The notes under the pieces: model-generated
The model's database searches: none
Told to the model about the DNA's origin: nothing
The model's input: the letters and a program-made list of their open reading frames with translations, nothing else
Shown here: positions 1 through 14,743 of the stretch, piece by piece
Numbering within the stretch: position 1 is the stretch's first letter
Layout: every line of letters starts with the position of its first letter
DNA from: Antedon mediterranea
Taxonomy: Eukaryota > Animalia > Echinodermata
Assembly: GCF_964355755.1 (NCBI RefSeq)
Contig: NC_092680.1
Coordinates: forward strand, 20,965,045 to 21,029,044
Length of the DNA: 64,000 nucleotides
Direction: 5' to 3'
Program-made: the position numbers and the translations under genes

Positions 1-3000
1 CTCTAAATCGCCAGATGTTTCACTCTTAATTGCTTCTTCTATTGTCTTCTTAGATATCTGAAACCCAAATAATAAGTAACGACTGTCACAAAGCATAGTA
101 ACTATCAGTGTATCCGTTACTATCAGTATTACAAGAAGATTAAAATACTCACTCGTGAAAAACAAAAACCAAACAATTCGTTAGTTTCTAAACGATCAGA
201 GATAGTATATTCCAACACTAAAGCTCTGTCTACACTATCAAACTAGTTTGACAAAAAAAGTGTGATGTGCTCAAATATGGTAGTAATATGACATCAATAT
301 GTCCTTATATAAGCATATCACATTTGTTTGTCACAAGAAGTTTTGAGCTTAACACGAAACCTACCTTGTCATAAGCATCGAATGTAGCTCTTAGTTGGGC
401 AAAGCTTCTTGTTGCTAAGACACGCAGTATTTCAGATTCGTCCGTCCCCCATTTTGCTTCCCCAGCCTAAATGGTGTAAAGAAATCATCATCATTGATAT
501 AATTATTATTTTAATTAACCACTTTTATATTTAGTAAATGTCAGTAAACATTCAGTAAACCTGTTCTGCACCATGTTGTACAACTATGGCATTGGTACAT
601 CTTCACAACATAGTCATCTTTACCCTTTCTCCAAATATTGAAATGGTGTTATTGTTTTGGGGGTTGAAATTGTTGAAATGATAATGAAGACGGTAACCAA
701 TTATTGTTTATTTTTGTTTTGTATACCTTGTAAATGGCGTTGGCGTCCGCATTAGCTTTGCCCTCGTCGACGGTGGGGCTTTCATCTCTCGCAGCCTAAA
801 ATAAAAATATCATAATTTATTTCATGTAGGCCTGTTTTAAGAATGCTAAAACTCAAACATGTTAAATCTGTATGGTTTCAACAATGTTAAGCACTTAATA
901 ACAGTCCTCCTACCCAATGTTAAGTTGTGTCTATACTATCAAACTTTGTGACAAAAGTGATGTGCCCATATATGGACATGATGATGTCATATAACTACCA
1001 TATTTGGTAACATCGCTACCATATTTGGGCACATCACACAAGTTTGATAGTGTAGACGAGCTTTAGTTTAGCAAACTGTTCGACATTAGCTGTTGGATTG
1101 TTCCGTTAGATATAACAACCATAACACAAACCTGGCAACATGAAACCATAAGACGTTTAAAGTGACCGCTAGTCTCACTCATTAGATCCTTTTCCAAATC
1201 CCGTTTAAATTCTGCAAAATAATTTACACAAAAACAATTTACTAATGCATGCGTCTGATAAAGCTTTTAACACAAATTACAAATATTCGACCATATTAAT
1301 ATATTATGTTATTCATTTATTGTGAATAATTTATTAGACTATTTTGTGTCAACTATTATTGAGGCTTCTAAAAATTGTCCTGGATAATGGGGTTTAGTGT
1401 CAAAGATAGATTTATTCTAAAGCTCTGTCTACACTATCAAACTTTGTAACAAAAAACGTGATGTGCCCATATATGGACATGATGATGTCATATCACTACC
1501 ATATTTGTTCATATCACTACCATATTTGGGCACATCACATTTTTTTGTTACCACATCCTGATTGAGAAGTAAGCCTGTTTACCTTTCTTGTAAGCTTCCT
1601 TTATGCTTTTGATTTCCTTTAAAAGAAAAAGATAAAATTAGCAAACTTTTAAACGTAAGTAAATAAAAGTCAATATGGAGGATATGATTATACTGTATGT
1701 TATAAATTACAAATTACCTGGTTGGTTCGTGTACACATTATCTCCAGTATAGCTTTCTCGTCAGTTCCAGCACCCTTGAAATAAATAACATTAAATGCTA
1801 CCGGTACTTAGTATGACATTAGTTTCCAATGCTTTTGCCTATTAGGCCTACTACTAATGTTTTAATTCCCTATAGAGTTTGTATTATGTGTACACAATGA
1901 ATTAGTTTTTAATAGCCTTATCACTCATTATATATTGCGAGCAATCATAGATCATTCGTTAAAAAGTTCATTAACATTTTCGCTATTTAAGACTGCTTTG
2001 ACAAAACACTTTCACATGATTGTAATCATTTAAGTAGTTTTATATCAGCTGCTGCTTTTACGGAATTTTCGAAAGCTTCTCTAACTTTCGTAAGTCCTTG
2101 ATTGACACTGACATTATGATATTAATGTTGGGTTATTTTCTTTTGTTGTTGGCTCATATAATATCTTAGTTTATTCTGTATTAACTGTACTTGAGTGAGT
2201 GCATAATCTGCTCTAGCCTATTCTCGCACTCATGATTAGGACTATACAAAATACATTAGGAATTTCAATATTTTGTCACAATTAGCGTGCTATACCTTCA
2301 TAGCTCCTCGTAGAGACTTGGCGTCGTAAAACGCCGGTTTATCGAGCAGTGCTATTACAACATCCTCGTACTTTCCACCCAGCTCACTTTTCAGATCCTT
2401 TAAGAGGTCCTAAAATCAAAAGCAATCAGATTATGATTGATTTATATACCAGTAAAACGTGGTTCCCACTAGAAGGAAACGCAACGTAACGCAGCGACGT
2501 ATCGACGCAAAGTGCTTTATTGCGTAATCACAAGTGAGAACCTACGACACACTCAGTGCTGCAAACATCGCAGGTTTGATTCCACGCAGGCGGAGACGAA
2601 CACAATTATTAGAAGGACATTTTCTTATGTTGTGTAGGTTTCGTTACGTTGCGTCGCTAATGGGAACCTTTATTACGACATACCTTGTACATACATGTAT
2701 CACCACTTTTCTTGCAAGACCATACTTTAGTAGTGTATTAAGGTCGGACGTTTTACTTGTAGTATACCGAATAACGTTTTATTACAAGTCATAACTATTA
2801 ATGTTTTATTATAAAGCTCTAGTATTAGAACGCAACAAAACATGCACTGAAAGTAGAGCAGTTTTGTTATTCATAGCCTTGACGAAACAGGGACACTCGT
2901 TTCTGGATCTATGCTCAGCAGGCCTATGATACAGCTTCCCTCTTTACAGACCGTGTTTCCTTATATTAACTACTACCGTACCTCTTAAAGGCCAATTTAC

Positions 3001-5661
3001 ACAGACGAGCGGTAACGGTAAGCGGAAAACCGCGTAGCTTGTCATCTAATCTGTATCTAATCCAGAGCGGAAACCGCCCGTCCGCTCCGCGTTTTGTGAC
3101 GTAAATGGTCATAAGTAATAATATAGATTTTATATTGTACTACCGTTACCGCTCGTCTGTGTAAGATAGCCTTAAAGCTACAGTGCACACTATAATGTTC
3201 GAAACGAGAGACGGTGCTGTTTTGTTAAATAATGAAAAACATTACGATGAATTTGGCCTTTGGCGACGCGTCGTCTTCCGTTCCGTGAAACGGACTAGGA
3301 TGAGCGTGATAACTATAGTACAGAATTCTAATCTATTAAGCCTACAGTAATACAAGTTATATTAGTCATGTGCCCCTATTATTGAGTATTGTAATTCAAA
3401 CTATCATGTGACCACTTTCATTCTCTTAATGTTGTTCAGAGGTGAGAAATGTCACGTGAAATGTCTTGGAATGTAGCTCCAATTATTCCAAAAGAAAAAA
3501 ATAAAACTTAAAAAGAAAGTAAATCTTACATCTTTCAATATTGTTTACCATTGTTTAATTATTATAGTGGTTTTTTTTTGGGGGGTGGGCGGGTTTCTTT
3601 TTTTACCTTTCCGTATGAGGTTTTGAAGTGAATCACAATTTCCTGTCTCTGAGCGTTTGATCTGAACGCCAGTATATCGGTAATCGCCTGTTCGTCCGTT
3701 CCTTAAAAAAATGTTGCGGAGAATTATTATGTTTTGTTACGTGTTCAACATTGAATAGTAGGCCTATTCCTTGTTTTAGTTAGTCAGACATGCCTTACCG
3801 TGATATCTTTATAGCATGTACAGTTCATTCAAACGAAAACAATTTTTATTTAAAAAACCGAACAATCTATAAATAAAACTAAAACGAACAATCTATAAAT
3901 AAAACCAAAAGAAATACCAACAATCTATATAATTAAAAGAAAAACGAACGATCTATATAAATAAAAGAAAAACGAACGATCTATATAAATAAAAGAAAAA
4001 CGAACGATCTATATAAATAAAAGAAAAACGAACGATCTATATAAATAAAAGAAAAACGAACGATCTATATAAATAAAAGAAAAACGAACGATCTATATAA
4101 ATAAAACTAAATGAAAAAACTACTAATCTATATAAAACTACAACACGTGACGTGAACCAGGCACTTACGGACGGAAAGAAAATGCAAAATCAATTTAATA
4201 ATAGTAAATAATTTCGTGCAAAAAAATTCCCATAAAACAACTGCACCGTATACATTATGTATATCACTATACCCTATACAAAAATAGGGCTGTAGAGAAG
4301 TATGACCATTACTTAATGCATGACACATTACCAGCTGACTAACCTAATCCCTTCATTGCTTTCCGTAATGCACCACAGTCCGCTTCCTTGTCAAAGCCAG
4401 CATAGCTGCTTACAGTTCCCTTTAAATAAACATGAAATAAATGTTAAAACTCCTCATATTTCAGTATGTTATTGCATGAAGAAATTCTCTTCCATGACCC
4501 CAGTGTCATTTATTTTATTAAATATCTACAAAATGGTTTTTTTTTTTGAATGACAATTAAAATGTTACTAATTATTCTCGTTTAAAATAGTTGTTTTTTT
4601 TTTGTTGGAAAGATTTGACATTTTGCTTCAGGTGTTACTTTATATTAAAGACCTCAAAAGAATGTTCACTCCATTTAGTTCAACTCAGAGGAATATTGTA
4701 GGTATAGGTCAATGGCTTAGGTTAGGCCTACTGTAGACAGTTCTAAGCCAGTAGTTTTGGCAAATGCACTCCTCCAGATAACTACCTCGGGATAACTAAC
4801 CACGAAGGAGTGAACAAAACCTTTATTTATTTAGACGAGATGGCTTTGAATGTAGGCCTAAAGGTGGTGAGGCTCGTCTGATCTGTGCAAGAGATCAGAA
4901 TAAAATCAGTGCATCACTATGCCAGGTATTGTGTCTTTTTTTAGCAATAGATAAGTGATTTCCAGTTGAATACATGTGGTCACAATAGTACGGTCTTGTT
5001 CAATACATTATTTAACTTTAAGCTCTGTTATGTGGGTGTACTGAATAATACTGTCGTATTGTAGTAGCAATTGGTTTAGAGAAAATTACAAGGACACATA
5101 GAACTAACGGAAGGTAGTGGAAAGTTTACGCACCATGACCGAAATCTGTAGATATTTTTTCTGGACACGCCCTTTTCTTAATACAGTTTTTATCCGATAG
5201 GCCTAATGTAATATGTTTTAAAGTGTAATGCATTTACTATAATGTGGACCTAATTTTGAACAACTGAAGTAGGCCTACTTTTTTTTTAACATGAAAATAA
5301 TCCATGAATTTTACAGAAGTCTAATCTAATGTCACGTACACAAACCAGCTTGCAGATTTTCAGTAAATTTAAGTAATGAGTTTAAATAATAGTATTAGGA
5401 TAACGACGTCCATATGGGCCGTATTATATGGCAATTGTGTTATTTTAATGCATATTAAGTCTACATTAAAAGACCTTACGGTTATATGATTGTATTTGGT
5501 AATTGCAGCGGTTAACTTGACAGGAATGTTTGTATCTTTTCTTCCATTTGTCAAATCCACAGCCAAGTTAGAACCCGCTAAATACTAAACACTCTTCTGC
5601 CATATCAAACAGTTATCTTATAAACTTATTAATAAGTACCTACCTGACCTCTTGATGCCAT
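1..5661 (-). CDS. Annexin, canonical, short N-terminus (gene A); 3' end lies outside the window
   Basis: GT-AG exons 5644-5661 (MASRGQ), 4344-4419 (..LRKAMKGLG), 3607-3701 ([24 protein letters not shown]), 2296-2409 ([12 protein letters not shown]..), 1718-1774 ([18 protein letters not shown]), 1583-1616, 1132-1211 (..[13 protein letters not shown]), 727-795, 365-466 ([12 protein letters not shown]), 1-57 (..[10 protein letters not shown]). All phases are compatible and the endonexin GxGTDE motifs are present. Confidence 0.95.
221..345. mobile_element. ~150-bp MITE family (TIR AAAGCTCTGTCTACACTATCAAACT), partial copy
   Basis: Same TIR and internal gtgatgtgccca/atatggtagtgat repeats recur at least eight times in the window. 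Confidence 0.75.
926..1063. mobile_element. Same MITE family, both TIRs
   Basis: gtctatactatcaaact ... agtttgatagtgtagacgagcttt. Confidence 0.8.
1419..1550. mobile_element. Same MITE family, partial copy
   Basis: aaagctctgtctacactatcaaact plus the internal repeats. Confidence 0.75.
2455..2671. mobile_element. MITE-like element with ggttcccactag...ctaatgggaacc termini
   Basis: Imperfect TIR ggttcccactag-aaggaaacgcaacgtaacg / cgttacgttgcgtcg-ctaatgggaacc. A related end (ctagtgggaacc) occurs near 13552-13563. Confidence 0.65.
2987..3174. mobile_element. MITE (Harbinger-like termini)
   Basis: TIR aaggccaatttacacagacgagcggtaacggta / taccgttaccgctcgtctgtgtaagatagcctt. Confidence 0.75.
3860..4106. 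repeat. 28-bp minisatellite
   Basis: About 8 units of aaaaacgaacgatctatataaataaaag in an annexin A intron. Confidence 0.9.
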
Positions 5662-7336
5662 TTTTAGCTCTAGCAGTCTTTGACAATTTTTCACTGGTAT
5701 AACTACTTTGGCTCGTCACCAACTGAATGACAGTCGTTTGTATTATATCTCCACAACCCTTCCTCGAATCAGGCGAGTCCATTTCGTAAATGGGGAGTTT
5801 TAAATTCTTGTCAATTAAAAAAAAACTAAACTAGTTATTTTGCTGCAGTATCTCCGTCTAAGAGTAATAAGGTTTATCTGGTTAAATATCGACCTGGCGA
5901 TACGGTGTTTGTTTGAGATGATGTCTTCTGTGTCGCAGAACATTGCCATTGAATGGAATTAATTTCAAGGGATTTTAGCCGTTTTTTGTTTGTTTGTTTT
6001 TTTATCCTTGTAGCATATAATACCGGACTTCTCCAAATTTGGTGATGATTCGAATTAATCTAAAATTCTTGATCATACATACACTTCTACCACAATTACC
6101 GATCGGAACTACTGGTTTTTTTCTGACGTCAAGTTGAGTTATACATCTTTATATAGGCCTGTGTTTTTTTTAAACGCAATATTGCTTTATTAATAATATA
6201 TCTTTTATTATTAATAGTAACAAAAGAGGGAAGAAATTTATATTAAGGAGTATGTGGTGGTGGGAACCACTTTTAGGTTACGAATGCGTTGCCGTAATTG
6301 AGGCGTGATACTGTTTTATATTTGCTGTGATGTTTGGCTTATACTGCTGGCAACGTTATTATTATTAAAAATGGGTTTTTTTTTATATGGCTATGCAAAA
6401 AAAATAGATCGATAATTTAAATTTAAAAATACAGTTTACAGTATAAATTGATACAGATTTTGTAAACATAATTATTGAACAAAAAACTCTCATCTATGTC
6501 TGGACCAAATGTAGGCCTATTTTTTAATCGTCATGTTCTTTTGATACATATGCATCTTCTTAATAATTATTAATGTGGTTATGTAAATATTAGATACAAG
6601 ATATTAAATAGTCATAGACCTATTATAGTCACACAATAGTGAAAATGATATTATATATTATAATATTGTCTCTAAAATCATAAATGAATCAAATTCTGTG
6701 TAACCAACATTTGGGCTATGCGTGTGTGACCACAAATAAAATGATCTCTAACTCCATCTTCTTTTATTATGATTATTATAATAATATTTAATATGTCTAC
6801 GCATTTTTAAATTATAATTCATGTCTACTTCGTGCACTTAACTAATATACAGTAATAAAGCTAGCTAGCTTATAATATGTAATAAACTTCTAATTAACAT
6901 AATGGTCCTTTTTTTCGATGGCCCATAATGCACTGTATTGATCTTTCGTATATTCATAATTCATGTCATTTATTAATTTGACCAAAAACCGTCAATAAAA
7001 ACAGGTTAGGAAAAACAAAAGCGACCTAGGCCACGTATGACTCAATGAGTCACTAAAATATTAGAATAATATAATTGTTGTAAAAATATATTTATATGAT
7101 ATTATGTAATCCCACAGTTAAATTATCAAGTTAAGCCGTAGATTATTAAAAATAAACTTTTAAAATATCTCGAAAAATATAAATTAGTTCATTTGTCGTA
7201 GTTTAATAATTTATAATGAGGCCCTTAACAATAGATAACTAAATATATTATTATTTCTATAAGTTGCTATACGTTTCGAAGGGCACTATTTTATTTCGCG
7301 TAATAAATCCAAAAAGGAACAAGTTACAAAATCATG

Positions 7337-10300
7337 CTATTCCTTTAAAATGGCAAGAAGGACGTTTTTGTAGTCTCCACTGCAATCGCCTTTTACAAAC
7401 TTTTCAACTGTGTTGTTGTATTTCTGGATAAATTTCTTCTTTATTTGGTCAAGATCAATCTGAAAGAGTAAAACGTTTGATAGTGTTCATTTACGTTTTT
7501 TCCTGACGATAAATGCAACATAACGTAATCAAAAGATTTTTAATCCTTCCAATCTTCGAGCAACATGAACATGTGCTTCTATCGTATTTGGTTTTATATC
7601 ATTGGACATCTGGGCCAAGGCATTGTTGAGTCGCTAAACAATTTGTGTTTTCTTCCAACACATTTTATAAACTTAATGTTTGAAACAGTGATGTGTAAAA
7701 GTAATTGTTAAAACTTGGGAACTTAAGATTCAATTAATTCTATTATTTCAAATATCCTTAGCACAATACAGAGGCCAGAATTGTATAAAGGTATAGGTAA
7801 AAAAATCCCACAAAATTAGATATTTGACGAGCAAAGCCGGCAGAATTAAACAAATAGATGAAATTTAAATATTGCACGTATTTGTTTTAAAATGTACAAA
7901 TGTCAAGTTGCTCAAAGTTTCACCTACCTCGGATCTTGTTACGATAATGCGGATGAGTCGGTCGTCATCGGTACCAAGTCCCTTCATCGATTTGTACAAA
8001 CCTTCGACGTAGTAATCGATTACGTCATTGCTAAATTTAGCTATGAATAACAAATTATTGGTTACTATTTTAAATTTCGATTTTCAATTGTTAAGCACTA
8101 ATTTAGAAACTAATTATATTATATTTGAGGAAATTTATTTGATCGTAGGTTATAGATTGAAATTCATTTTTCAAAAGTAACATTTTTGTAGATATGACTC
8201 TCGAACTTTTGCTAATAATCATTTATTTTGTCCTCACCAATTGTCAAGTATCCGTCGCAAAGATCTCCAGATGTTTCACTTTTGATGACATCATTAATGT
8301 TTTTCTTGTGCGCCTGAAACAATTGAAAATACATTTTTTTACTACTTTTGTATCCTTTTTTCTTCAGGACCAACAATACAAAAATAAGAAATAAACTTCA
8401 AAAGCAGCTAACACAATTAGAAACTATTTAAACTGTTTCAGACTAATTAAAATTAAAATCCTAATAAGGTCAACAGCAGATTGTAACATACTTTTTCGTA
8501 GCCTGCAAAGACAGCTTTGAGGTGGGCGTGGCTTCGGGTTGCTAGGATACGGTTAAATTCAGATTCGTCCGTGCCCCACTGGTCCTCACCAGCCTAGTAA
8601 TTAATTAGTAAAATCTTTTATTAAATTATTTATTAACACAGCATAATATTTATCAATATTTCATTTTTTTTATTATGGTTTACATAACACATTGAAATAA
8701 ATAGATTGAAAAATAAAATAAATTAAAGCAAATACAAAATTCAAAGTTTACATTCTCTCTTTGGCAGAGCAAAATATCAGTTAAAATCAAAATGAAAAAT
8801 GTCCAAATTACTATGCATAGGCCTACCTCAAACAAAGTTTTTACGTCTTGAACGACTTTATGCTCGTCAACAACATCACTTTCATCTCTCTTAGCCTGTT
8901 TAACAAAAGAATAAAAAACATAGTTGATTAAACTTAAACAAGTTATTGTTATATTGTTGTAACAATATATATTATACGTATATGTTATCAGTTAACCAAA
9001 ACCAATAAGAGTTATATTCTATTACCAGTATGTTAGAAATAATTGATTATTATAAAGAAATATTATTCTTATTTATAATTTTGAAAAAAAAATGTTACTT
9101 CACATGTTTGTACATAGATAACAAAAAAGCAAGATTGTTACTTCAAATTACTTTTATTGTTAGCATAAATAAAATCAGACTTTAAAAAAAAGAATAAAAA
9201 TATACCGTGCACATTGAGACCAATAGACGTTTGAAGTGACCGCTTGTATCGTCCATTATGTCCTTCTCTAGTTCTCTATCGTAAACTAAAGCAAAAGAAA
9301 AAAGAAAGAAAATATAAAAATGTAAAAAAAGAAAGAAACAGTGTAAATGTTCAATACAAGTTTAATTGATTTAGTTTACACCATCTGATTCTGTATCTGT
9401 CGCTAGATACTGTCTAACCGACTACTGCAAGTCAGTTAGATACATACATATCTAGGTGTATTACATATACTGTTATACAATTCATGTTGTCTCTGTCAGT
9501 AGGTTCTTGTGACAGCTGTATAGAATCAGCTGTGGAAGTGGCTAGTGGTACATAACTTGTTGTATTTTGATCTATATTTAGATCCTTGTTGTATATTAGT
9601 TAATTATATGAATTATTTAAGAAGATCCTAAATACATGTTCGTCTTACATTAAGAAAGGATGGATGTAATTTTTAAAAATGAAACAAGAGCCAATCAAAG
9701 ACGTACCTTTTTTGTACATTCCTTTTATAGCTGTAATTTCCTATAAATAGATTAAGAGATTATTACCAATAAGATGCGCATAGAGTATGTATATTAAGTA
9801 TTTGGAGTAAAGCTCTGTCTACACTATCAAACTAGTTTGTGATGTACCCAAATATGGTAGTGATATCTCCAAATATGATAGATATCATCATCATGTCCAT
9901 ATATGGGAACATCACATTTTTTGTCACATAAAGTTTGATAGTGGAGCTTTCGAGTTCTCCTTGTTGACACCCCATTACATTAATCATAATAACATCTTTA
10001 TTAATAAAGGGTTAAGATCGTATAATTTAATGAATCATGTTAACCAACCCATGTTATTTTATTGCAAACACTGAACAGGTCAAAACGCGATGTCATAGTA
10101 CTTGTGTAATTGTATTGCATCCGCCATAGTATTGTTCGATTATGATAAATACAGTACTGGTAAATAGTAATACTTACTGCATTGCTTCTTGTACACATAA
10201 TCTCAATCAGTACTCTCTCGTCTGTGCCAGCTCCCTAGTAAGTAAACAGTAAATTAATTTATTTTACTGAACTACAATAGGATTGCAATAATGCATTGTT

Positions 10301-13109
10301 TAACTAAGTTATAGTGTTTTGATGTTCAAATATGCACGTTAAAAATGGTGCCGACTTTGTTCATATTGTGTCGGCCTACTTGTACGCACTGTGCATGTCA
10401 CACCAGCCATGCAGCGTTATTACATCCACAACTTTGAATAATAATGTCGGAAAACAAAGGATACGCTTTTGAGACATGCGCATAAAGATCTGTCTACACT
10501 ATAAAACTTTATGGTATGAAAATGTGATGTGCCCATATATGGACATGATGATGTCATATCACTACCATATTTGGGCATACTACCACCATATTTAGGCACA
10601 TCACACTTTTTTTGTCAAACTAGTTTGGACAGAGCTTCATGTTTGTGACGGTCGTATTAATCACAAGCATATTAATTAAAAACAACAGTTTTACCGATAT
10701 AGCCTTGTTGAGACTATGCACATCGTACTCGATCGGTGTCTGCATTAGTGCCAATATTGTTTCTTCGTAGTTCCCACTCAGATCATCTTTAAGATCTTGT
10801 ATCAAATCCTAATCACAATCCAGTGAGGTAATGATTAGTTTGTATTATTATTATCGATAAATATACATAGCACCAACTGGCGTATGTTGAACAATAGAAA
10901 AATACGAACATAAAAAGAAACGACAGTTGTTGCCGGTACCAAGGCACAGCACTGGGTACAGAACAAAGACTAAACTGACATCGCCAAGTAAATGAAACTT
11001 ATTGGGCGTGTGGGTATATAGAAAATAGGCTAATTCGCCTTTAAAGTGAAACAGTTTAATTTGGTTTCAGTGTATAACCAATAACACATACTAATAACAA
11101 CTAACAACATTTGAATAATGAATTGAATAATCCCAAAAACATTTAAAAAAAATAAAAGCGTTAGGATAATCAGTGCTTATATCTACTCCGTTTCAGTATA
11201 ATGATACTGCCCGTTCTAACTATGAACAAGATTCGCCTTCACGTCGATTTCGAATGTCACCAATGTTTTTTTTTGTCTTTGTCTATGAAATGTGTTACTT
11301 TTAAGAAGCATCTGCCGAATATAACTCACTTTTCCGTATGCTGTTTTGTACTGTTCCCGGATCTCTTGTCGTTGGGCATTGGTTCGGTTAGCAAGTATTG
11401 CTGATATCTGATCTTCATCGGTACCTATGTTTTAAACGTGGATCATTATTGCTCATTTTCTTACATGAAATACATTTGTTCTCTTATATTGTGATTTTTG
11501 CCAATAGTTTGCATGCGCCTTTATTTAAAGTTGGAGAATTTATGAGGCTTACTGAAAAGAATTGGGTAACGCTATTAGAGTAAACCATTCTCAATTGAAA
11601 ATCCAGATTAGACTATGTATTACTGTGGTAGTATTAGTAGCGTTTTTATATTTATTTAATTTAATTTGTCTCGTCATGTTGTGTTTTTGTGAGGGTCCCT
11701 AGTGATCAGCTTCGGCTGAATGAACCACCATCGTAAAAATATTGTTGAAATAGATAAATGAAAAATTTAATAATTATTGCTAACGAATAAGTCTAATGTC
11801 ATGTCTTTTTCGATCTAGCGTCGTCTGATGGACCTCTCAATTTCTTTCTATCATGTCTATTTCTTCAACAGCAATCCATATTCTAAATCTTGTCTTCCAA
11901 AATGATCGCTTGCCCTAGGTTAGTCTCCAGGCCACCAGCTCAGACACTACTCTTCTCTCGGAATTTAAGATCAATGTTAATTTGCTGTACTTACCTAGAC
12001 CTTTCATGGCATTCTTGAGAGCTTTTGCATCATCTTCCTTGTTGAACTTTGTGAGTGCTGATCGTATAGTACCCATTGCGCCCTACAAAATAGCAGAGTT
12101 ATTACAATCTGATGTGTTTGATCTGAATTAGCACGAGAAATAGTCACCACTGAATAAACTACCAGCACAAATTGCGTGTAATTAACTACTATTTTTACAT
12201 GTTTATATAGTTGATTGCAAAATGCATATGAATTGTTGACGTGGTCATTGGAGCCACAGCTTACGAGTAGCATTGTGCACTGTGCGCACGTAAATCAACT
12301 TAAGTCATTTATGCACTCATGCGTGTATAAATTAGTAATAATTAGTAACAAACACTAATTCAGTTACGTCATTATCTCGAAACTTTAAATTGATGGTTTA
12401 CATAACAATAAATGAATGTCGGTACCTGGCAATATTAGTATTTCATTCATGTATTTATATATTCTTGTCTATATATATATATATACAAGTCACGTGACAT
12501 GTCGTGTATTTAAATAGATAAATTAAATCGTGTTTTTAAGTAAGGACCCTACATGGAACCTCCCGATTTTTTTCGAAGTTATGCATTTTTGGCAAATATT
12601 TTGGAAACTCACAAATCGCCCACAACAAACAATCCGATAGTAAGCCCTGAAGTCGTCCACTAAACATACATCACCCATTAAGTAAACCTCAGTGGTCACA
12701 ACCAAAAACCAAGCGCAGATCTCTCCCACGTAATCTTGAACATCACCAACAAGCAAACTCACATCGACAAGACAATCTCCAATCGCTAAACCAAATTCGC
12801 ATTGTAGTGCGCAGCTTGGATTTAACAAATAAGGCAACATTTTGTCTTATTTATCTTGGTATTACCATATTGTTGTTAGATTACGAACTAGTACCGGTAA
12901 CTTACAATCTAATTTCAAGCTAAAAAATGAATTAAATAATTCCAATTCAGTTTGATGAATTCAATATCATCCGTTATGGGTGAAGTTTATTGCGCGTACG
13001 CAGCCATGTCATCAATTTTCTAACGCGCGTTTTTCTTTTGCGTGTTAGGCCTATACTAACACATAACTGTTACGGATATATATTTTTTGAAAATACCTAC
13101 CTTGCTCAT
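7337..13109 (-). CDS. Annexin, canonical four-repeat, ~319 aa (gene B), 12 coding exons
   Basis: Exons 13101-13109 (MSK), 11995-12082, 11330-11424, 10695-10808, 10178-10234, 9707-9740, 9206-9285, 8827-8895, 8492-8593, 8238-8313, 7928-8040, 7337-7459 total 960 nt and are open. Motifs [31 protein letters not shown] and GDCSGDY. Internal exon sizes match gene A. Confidence 0.95.
9809..9950. mobile_element. Same ~150-bp MITE family
   Basis: aaagctctgtctacactatcaaact ... agtttgatagtggagcttt. Confidence 0.8.
10485..10638. mobile_element. Same ~150-bp MITE family
   Basis: aaagatctgtctacactataaaact ... agtttggacagagctt. Confidence 0.8.
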
Positions 13110-13183
13110 TGTGATAGAAAGAAAAAAACGTTATTCGATCTGACGACTGTAATAGTTCATCTGATGATCTGGGAAATTCCTCC

Positions 13184-13285
13184 TTTTATAAGCGCTGTAT
13201 CTTATTGGTCACATGTTGCCTATTGTGTTTTTGTCCAAGGACATCAAGGTTTGTTAAAATACAATATAACAGTTAAAACGTACCT
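13184..13285 (-). promoter_or_regulatory. Putative core promoter of annexin gene B
   Basis: On the minus strand, TATAAAA at 13184-13190, CCAAT at 13204-13208 and an overlapping CRE/E-box (cgtcacgtg) near 13276. These lie 75-175 nt upstream of the ATG at 13109. Confidence 0.5.
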
Positions 13286-14743
13286 AGGACGACAACGTCA
13301 CGTGTCGTCAAACTAATCACTAAGCGATATTCTTCATTTATCAATATTCATTTTAAATTGTTTTGTTAAATGTAAAATACTTACAAACATACTATACGTT
13401 TTTTTTAGGCTGGTTACATTCCTTAAACTAGGTTCTTGGTTTTGGACGATGCGCAATGACGTATGCGCAACGCAAGTTTGACTAATCACAAGCGACAGTC
13501 CCAGTGATTGGTCAAATTATTTGCGTGGCACTTACGTCATTGCGTTGCGTCCTAGTGGGAACCAGTGCTTATGTAGTTTATTTTGATTTGATTGATAAAA
13601 TATTGAATGTATCTAATATAAATTACAAGATTCTGCTTTCACAAAATTTATAATTATATATATATATATATTTATAGGCGTTTATAGGTCTTTAGCAAAT
13701 AAAGTCTAACAGTGCTTAGAAAAATATTAAGAATCAAGGGTGGTTTTGAAAACAGATTTTTTTTCAACGTTAAAAATGCCAGCTATAAGGTTTAGTGTAT
13801 TCCATTAGAAGTTTGTTTTTGTGTTTCAGTTGAGGAAAGGAGAGAACTACTAGACTGGTAGTAGGCCTACAAGGATATCATCATTCACTGATACGATGCC
13901 CTTCAATGAAATCACTACACAACCTTGCCATTGTATAAATGTATATAAAACAAAACGAATTCAATATTTCTATAGTGTGTTTTGATTGTCTTTGTATTAA
14001 ATGCCAAAAGAGGTTAAAATATAACAGGTAGGTCAGGTGACATACCATGGCCCAGAGAGGTTACAATATAACAGGTAGGTCAGGTAACATACCATGGCCC
14101 AGAGAGAAGAAGTTGCATATAATTAATACATTATCTTTCTGCACTGTAACCAAGGCTACCTATTGTTAATGAAAATTAAACAAACAACCGTTAAACATGC
14201 AGGTACAGATAACAAATGACTTTCAAACAAGAGCAACCAAATATAATACGAAGTTAGTTGTTAAACCAAACAATCCGATTTAGCATTATCTATGGACGAC
14301 CCTGGAATGAAATCCATTCCATGATTATGACTGAATTTCGATTGCATTCATTTCAACACACCAAAGTATATCGAACATTGGAAATCAATCAATAAGATTG
14401 TTGTTATCTGTCAATTTACAACAAAAACTACATACAAAAGGTGTTAATTTAGTTATACCAGGGAAGAGTGAATTTCAATCTTTCCTGGTTTTCAATCTTT
14501 GACAATCTTATACACAAAACCCTCCACCTTAATATATAGCATTCACTTTTATTAGTTTCAACTAAGTTACGATCACTCTATATGGGTTTACTTTGACCAT
14601 TTTTAAAATGACATAATGGTAATTTGCAGATCCTCTGCTCGTGTGACGTGTTTAAATTAAACATAACCCATCTACTTGATAAATATCTATCGATATATAT
14701 CGGTAATTTATCTATTATCGAACGTGCAACAGATTACAACGGG

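Noticed and set aside
12523-12840. 105-aa ORF in annexin B intron 1
   Set aside because: No recognisable motif and not needed for the open gene model; possibly a decayed repeat.
14009-14106. ~48-bp tandem duplication containing caggtaggtcagg donor-like motifs
   Set aside because: Local duplication with no linked acceptor or reading frame.
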